DNA of 10,397 bases. Source: Nitrospirota bacterium. GTDB taxonomy: Bacteria > Nitrospirota > Nitrospiria > 2-01-FULL-66-17. Positions 6,862 to 10,397 of this stretch are shown in pieces; within the stretch, counting starts at the first letter, position 1, and each line of letters starts with the position of its first letter. The notes beneath the pieces were generated by a model. That model was not told the origin of the DNA. It was given only the letters and a program-made list of their open reading frames with translations, and searched no databases. The stretch covers positions 1-10,397 of the forward strand of contig JBMOMC010000028.1 of NCBI GenBank assembly GCA_049325335.1, written 5' to 3'. The position numbers and the translations under genes were made by a program.

Positions 6862-7371
6862 GTGGCTTACGCCGCGCTCTCAACGATTCAGACCATCGCC
6901 GCTGGTGAGGTGTTCACCGCTGCGACGTTGCAGCAGGCCAACGACAACGGCGAGTTCCTGATCGACCCGCCCGCGTGTTCGATCAAGGAAACCACCGCCC
7001 AGTCGATCGCGAACACGACCGCTGTGGCGCTGACCGCGGACGAGGAGAACTATGACAACGACTCGATGCACTCCGGAACGGATTCCAAGGTCTATGCACA
7101 GACGGCGGGTCGCTACCTGCTGATAGCAACCGTCGCGTACGCGGCCAACGCAACCGGGGAGCGTGGCGTGATCTTCAGGGTCGACGGGACAACGAGCTAC
7201 AACAGTCTTGTCATCCCGACGCGTGGCGCCGGTTCAACGACGTACGTGACCGGCGTCCGGACTCTGGTGTTCACCGCGGGTCAGTACGTGGAGTGCATGG
7301 GCTACCAGAACTCGGGCGGGGCACTGAACACGAACCTGAACGAGTTCGCCGTCCTGTTCCTGACACGCTGA
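6862..7371 (+). CDS. Minor tail protein / putative receptor-binding protein with a C1q/TNF-like head
   Basis: GGAGG at 6852-6856 precedes GTG at 6862. N-terminal 'AGEVFTAATL' anchor motif is common in actinophage tail proteins. C-terminal jelly-roll motifs 'QSI', 'YDNDSMH', 'TAGRYLL' and 'AGQYVEC..YQNSG'. Confidence 0.8.
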   Translation: MAYAALSTIQTIAAGEVFTAATLQQANDNGEFLIDPPACSIKETTAQSIANTTAVALTADEENYDNDSMHSGTDSKVYAQTAGRYLLIATVAYAANATGERGVIFRVDGTTSYNSLVIPTRGAGSTTYVTGVRTLVFTAGQYVECMGYQNSGGALNTNLNEFAVLFLTR

Positions 7372-8063
7372 TGTTGACTTGGCTTGCGTCCGCGCTCCGC
7401 AACGCAGGGCTCGAGGTAATCGAGGTCGACGGGTGGGAGCAGCGCGGCGACCCGGACATCGACGTCGAAGGCGTCGTGTGTCATCACACGGCGACCGGAG
7501 CGAACTGGACTGACAAGTCGGTTGCACGCCTGCTGAGGGACGGACGCCCGGACCTACCCGGCCCGCTCTCGCAGCTCGGTCTGGACCGGGCCGGCAGGTT
7601 CTGGCTGATCGCCGCGGGTAGGTGCAATCACAACGGGTACGGCGTCTGGGGCAACGACTCGATCGGCATCGAAGCGTTCAACGACGGACGCGGCGAGCCG
7701 TGGGGTGCCCCGATCCTCGACGCGTACGCGCGGGGCTGCGCAGCTATCGCCCGCCACCTTGGCCTCACCGTCAACGAGATACGAGGCCACAAGGAAACCG
7801 ACCCGGCCCGCAAGATCGACCCGACGTTCGACATGGACCGGCTCCGTCTCACGATCAGCCGGCACCTCAACCCGCCACCCCCACCCGTCCTACCCCCGGA
7901 GGAACCGGTGCTCATCAAACGCAAGTCGAACCCGAACCACGCGCTGCTGTACGTCGGCGGGCTGTTGTTCGAGGCTCACGGTTCCACCGGTGAGGGCCCC
8001 GTCGTCGATGACGGCGTGTGGAACAAGATCGTCACCGAGCTTGGGCCGGTCATCCCGACATGA
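7371..8063 (+). CDS. Endolysin, N-acetylmuramoyl-L-alanine amidase (Amidase_2/PGRP-like), 230 aa
   Basis: TGATG-coupled start at 7371 within track ORF 7293..8063. Motifs 'GWEQRG', 'HHTA', 'GRPDLPGPL', 'SIGIE', 'GHKE' and 'KIDP' supply the His/His/Asp Zn ligands and a catalytic Glu. A proline linker precedes a short C-terminal domain. Confidence 0.92.
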   Translation: MLTWLASALRNAGLEVIEVDGWEQRGDPDIDVEGVVCHHTATGANWTDKSVARLLRDGRPDLPGPLSQLGLDRAGRFWLIAAGRCNHNGYGVWGNDSIGIEAFNDGRGEPWGAPILDAYARGCAAIARHLGLTVNEIRGHKETDPARKIDPTFDMDRLRLTISRHLNPPPPPVLPPEEPVLIKRKSNPNHALLYVGGLLFEAHGSTGEGPVVDDGVWNKIVTELGPVIPT

Positions 8064-8248
8064 ACGAGCCTGACGCCCCCACATTGGGTGAGATCGGTCG
8101 CACCCTGCACCGCCTCGAATCGCATCTGATCCGGGTCACTGACGACCATGAGAAGCGGCTACGGAACGTGGAGCGCTGGGTGTTCGCTGTCCCGCCGACT
8201 CTGATTCTGGCTGCGGCTTCCGTGTTGGCTGCGATCCTGAAGGGCTAG
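8060..8248 (+). CDS. Small lysis-cassette membrane protein (coiled coil plus one C-terminal TM helix; holin/XhlA-like), 62 aa
   Basis: ATGA overlap with the endolysin stop. 'DHEKRLRNVERW' is followed by hydrophobic 'VFAVPPTLILAAASVLAAIL'. Confidence 0.7.
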   Translation: MNEPDAPTLGEIGRTLHRLESHLIRVTDDHEKRLRNVERWVFAVPPTLILAAASVLAAILKG

Positions 8249-8250
8249 TC

Positions 8251-8481
8251 GTGTTCGGTGTTCGGTACGGCGGGAACCGGCTGTTTGTAAGGCCGGAGGC
8301 TTACCGTCGCCCGCTGCTCGGAAGGTTCGGCCCTTACATCGTGGCCGGGGTATGCGGCTACGAGCTCGCCGCGTTGGCGGTGGATGGGGTGCCGACCGTG
8401 AGTGACATGGTGCGCCGCCACCCGCTCCTCGGGGTGGGTGTGCTTGTCATGCTCGCCCATCACTGGTTCGTCGAGCAGTGA
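8251..8481 (+). CDS. Small membrane protein with two hydrophobic segments (holin candidate)
   Basis: Begins 2 nt after the upstream stop. Hydrophobic stretches 'YIVAGVCGYELAALAV' and 'PLLGVGVLVMLAHHWF' flank 'PTVSDMVRRHP'. Adjacent to the lysin. Start codon uncertain. Confidence 0.6.
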   Translation: MFGVRYGGNRLFVRPEAYRRPLLGRFGPYIVAGVCGYELAALAVDGVPTVSDMVRRHPLLGVGVLVMLAHHWFVEQ

Positions 8482-8639
8482 TCGTCGCTGAGGACTACCA
8501 CGACTGGGAGCGTCAAGGCCCCCTAGTCAGCGACATCAGGTGCCGGTGTTGTGGTGGCCGGTCGTGTCTGGTGCTGGTGGACGGCATGTTCGAGCACCGT
8601 GACCCCACGGAGTGCGCACGCCGTTTGAAGCGAATGTGA
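8478..8639 (+). CDS. Small Cys-rich hypothetical protein, 53 aa (possible Zn-binding)
   Basis: GTGA overlap with the upstream stop. Translates MIVAEDYHDWERQGPLVSDIRCRCCGGRSCLVLVDGMFEHRDPTECARRLKRM* and fills the gap. Too short for the supplied ORF track. Confidence 0.6.
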   Translation: MIVAEDYHDWERQGPLVSDIRCRCCGGRSCLVLVDGMFEHRDPTECARRLKRM

Positions 8640-8668
8640 GTGCCTGTTCCTCGGTTGTGGAGGTGCGT

Positions 8669-8902
8669 TTGGCTCTGACCGCTCAGGACTTCGAGCACCG
8701 GCCCCGCAAGGGTCCGCCGTGTTCGATGTCCGTGATTCTCGCAGCGTTGTCCGACAAGGACCGTGACGTGCTGTTAGCGGCGCTTCAGGACCGTACGGTC
8801 ACGAACCCGCAGATCAGCCGTGTCCTTGAACGTGAGGGCCACAACATCGCGGCGCACACGATCGGCAATCATCGCAGAGGGTCGTGCTCCTGTGGACGCT
8901 GA
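8669..8902 (+). CDS. Small Zn-binding, HTH-like protein (C...HRRGxCxC), 77 aa
   Basis: GGAGGTG at 8659-8665 precedes TTG at 8669; an alternative start is GTG 8636, coupled to the upstream stop. N-terminal Cys, helical core 'NPQISRVLEREGHNIAAHTIGNH' and terminal 'HRRGSCSC'. Overlaps the phosphoesterase start. Confidence 0.75.
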   Translation: MALTAQDFEHRPRKGPPCSMSVILAALSDKDRDVLLAALQDRTVTNPQISRVLEREGHNIAAHTIGNHRRGSCSCGR

Positions 8903-10025
8903 CGACTTCGTACGCGAGCAGGCTCCCGCCAAGCTGGGGAAACTGAACGCCCTACTGGAACGCTCGGGCATCGACCCCGAAGACATCTCCCGTGTTGAGC
9001 GGGTCAACGTGTGGCAGGGCTTCCTCAAGAACGAGGAAGGCCAGGCTGAGATCGTTGACCTCGCCGGGATCAGTCTCGTCCCACGCTGGGCGGACGGTCC
9101 CGAGTGGCCCGTCGTGCAGCCAGGCCCGCCCCTAAGGGTTCCTGCTGTCAGAAGCACAACGCTTATGCCTGGCTGGCAGACCTGCGTTGTGTTGCCGGAC
9201 ATTCAGATCGGCTACTTCCGTAACCGGTCCGGTGACCTCGAACCCACCCACGATGAGGCCGCGATCACGGCGGCGTTGCAGATCGTGCGGGCAGCGAAAC
9301 CGTCGCTGCTTGTCCTTGTGGGCGACAACCTCGATCTGCCGGAGTTCGGGAAGTACCGGCTCACCCCAGCGTTCCAGCAGACCACCCAAGCCACCGTCGA
9401 CCGGGCCACGCTGCTATGCGGCCAGCTCCGCAAAGCCGCCCCGGAAGCACGGATCGTGTGGCTCGCCGGCAACCACGAGGAACGCCTACCGAACTATGTG
9501 CTCGACAACGCACGCGCAGCGTTCGGTCTACGACGTGGGTTGACACCGGAGTCGTGGCCGGTCCTGTCGGTGCCGTACTTGTGCCGCATGGACGACCAGG
9601 CCGTCGAGTACGTGCCCGGCTACCCGGCGTCGCATCACTGGATCACCCCACGGTTGAAGGTCATCCACGGTGACCTTGTTCGCAGCCAAGCCTCGACCGC
9701 GACCGCGTACCTGGGGCGTGAGAAGACCAGCGTGATCTTCGGTCACGTTCACCGCCGCGAGTACGCGGCCCGCACAAGGGACGACCATGACGGACCGCGT
9801 GAAGTGATGGCCGCCTCCCCCGGCTGCCTGGCCCGTGTCGATGGTGCCGTACCGTCCACGAAGGGCGGCACCGACCTAGACGGCCGTCCCGTTCACCGCG
9901 CAGAGGACTGGCAACAGGGCCTCGCCGTAGTCACGTACGACCCCGATGACGGCCGGTTCGCCTACGAGCAGGTCGCCATCCACGACGGCTGGGCCATGTG
10001 GCGCGGCAAGCACTACGGGCAGTGA
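8892..10025 (+). CDS. Calcineurin-like metallophosphoesterase (Mre11/SbcD superfamily), ~377 aa
   Basis: All five motifs occur in order: PDIQ (DxH variant), GDNLD, GNHE, IHG, GHVH. Probable start is GTG 8892 after GAGG at 8877-8880, within track ORF 8820..10025. Confidence 0.9.
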   Translation: MDADDFVREQAPAKLGKLNALLERSGIDPEDISRVERVNVWQGFLKNEEGQAEIVDLAGISLVPRWADGPEWPVVQPGPPLRVPAVRSTTLMPGWQTCVVLPDIQIGYFRNRSGDLEPTHDEAAITAALQIVRAAKPSLLVLVGDNLDLPEFGKYRLTPAFQQTTQATVDRATLLCGQLRKAAPEARIVWLAGNHEERLPNYVLDNARAAFGLRRGLTPESWPVLSVPYLCRMDDQAVEYVPGYPASHHWITPRLKVIHGDLVRSQASTATAYLGREKTSVIFGHVHRREYAARTRDDHDGPREVMAASPGCLARVDGAVPSTKGGTDLDGRPVHRAEDWQQGLAVVTYDPDDGRFAYEQVAIHDGWAMWRGKHYGQ

Positions 10026-10026
10026 C

Positions 10027-10239
10027 ATGTCCGAACAGGGTTCCTCCGAAGATCCCGCTGACGTTATTGCCCAGCAAGACCAGGCTGTCGCCGCCGCACG
10101 CCACGTCGCAGAATGCGCCGTCAAGTTCTGGCGAACCCTCACCGAAGGCGGACTCCCCGCCGAGCTCATCGACCGGCTCACCGCTAACTGGTTGGAGTGG
10201 TTCGTCACTGACGGCGACCCCGACCAAGACGACGACTAG
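10027..10239 (+). CDS. Hypothetical acidic helical protein, 70 aa
   Basis: ATG 1 nt after the phosphoesterase stop. Helical-hairpin-like 'FWRTLTEGGLPAELIDRLTANWLEW' with an acidic tail DGDPDQDDD. Confidence 0.7.
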   Translation: MSEQGSSEDPADVIAQQDQAVAAARHVAECAVKFWRTLTEGGLPAELIDRLTANWLEWFVTDGDPDQDDD

Positions 10240-10309
10240 GTGCCATCGCTGCAACCACCCGACGCGGGTCAACCAGGACTTGTGCTCGAACTGTGGGGTG
10301 ATGTTGTGA
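10208..10309 (+). CDS. Possible zinc-ribbon microprotein (CxxC-x10-CxxC); start uncertain
   Basis: Frame reads (L)TATPTKTTTRCHRCNHPTRVNQDLCSNCGVML*. Its stop overlaps the next GTG (GTGA, 10306-10309). The only nearby candidate start is CTG 10208, after GGAG at 10194-10197. Confidence 0.4.
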   Translation: MTATPTKTTTRCHRCNHPTRVNQDLCSNCGVML

Positions 10310-10397
10310 GGTACGCGTGCCGTGAGTGCGAGGTGTTGCAGACCTGCAACTTCAAGCCGGTGTGCTGGATGTGCGGGTTGCCGATGGTGTCCGCAAG
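10306..10397 (+). CDS. Zinc-ribbon protein (CxxC-x11-CxxC), runs off the window end
   Basis: GGGGTGA at 10295-10301 precedes GTG at 10306. Reads MRYACRECEVLQTCNFKPVCWMCGLPMVSA... An alternative in-frame GTG lies at 10240. Confidence 0.55.
   Translation, partial: MRYACRECEVLQTCNFKPVCWMCGLPMVSA

Noticed and set aside
6859..6864. TAG directly followed by in-frame GTG (also at 10237-10242), suggesting amber readthrough or a recoded genetic code
   Set aside because: The gene at 6862 has its own GGAGG RBS at good spacing, TAG ends other genes at sensible boundaries (1484, 1915, 8248), and long genes have no internal TAG. Low-level readthrough cannot be excluded but has no support.
6862..7371. Diversity-generating retroelement target in the receptor-binding gene
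   Set aside because: No template/variable repeat pair and no reverse transcriptase seen in the window.
8589..8700. 11-nt direct repeat TTCGAGCACCG at 8589-8599 and 8690-8700
   Set aside because: Only two copies, both inside coding sequence encoding FEHR. Not palindromic and no array, so compatible with chance.
8892..10025. Calling the phosphoesterase SbcD/Mre11 of a recombination nuclease
   Set aside because: No adjacent SbcC/Rad50 ATPase and little sequence after the last motif for the usual C-terminal domains. Only superfamily membership is supported.
1..10397. Other minus-strand and alternate-frame ORFs in the track (e.g. 220..720, 1361..1891, 2289..2915, 3156..3800, 4955..5458, 8774..9202)
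   Set aside because: All overlap well-supported plus-strand genes and are Arg/Ser/Pro-rich, as expected from stop-codon scarcity in high-GC DNA.

Overview
High-GC, all plus-strand, gene-dense segment of a siphovirus-type phage or prophage, probably infecting an actinobacterium (inferred from GC content and gene families). It covers the tail and lysis modules and the start of an accessory region. Gene order: 5'-truncated tail terminator-like gene; two tandem paralogous tail-tube genes (the first with an extra C-terminal beta-sandwich, the second behind a hairpin and a strong RBS); an HK97 gp10-like gene; a tail assembly chaperone with a -1 frameshift site (G GGA AAA plus a downstream stem-loop); a short 546-aa tape measure protein; one 832-aa tail-tip protein with two LamG-like domains; a 118-aa orphan; a C1q-like minor tail protein; an Amidase_2 endolysin with a probable internal start; and two small membrane proteins. 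With no visible terminator, this continues into a Zn-binding protein, a calcineurin-like metallophosphoesterase, an acidic helical protein and Cys-rich microproteins. All family calls come from recognising motifs by eye, not from database searches. No CRISPR array, tRNA, rRNA or mobile element was seen.
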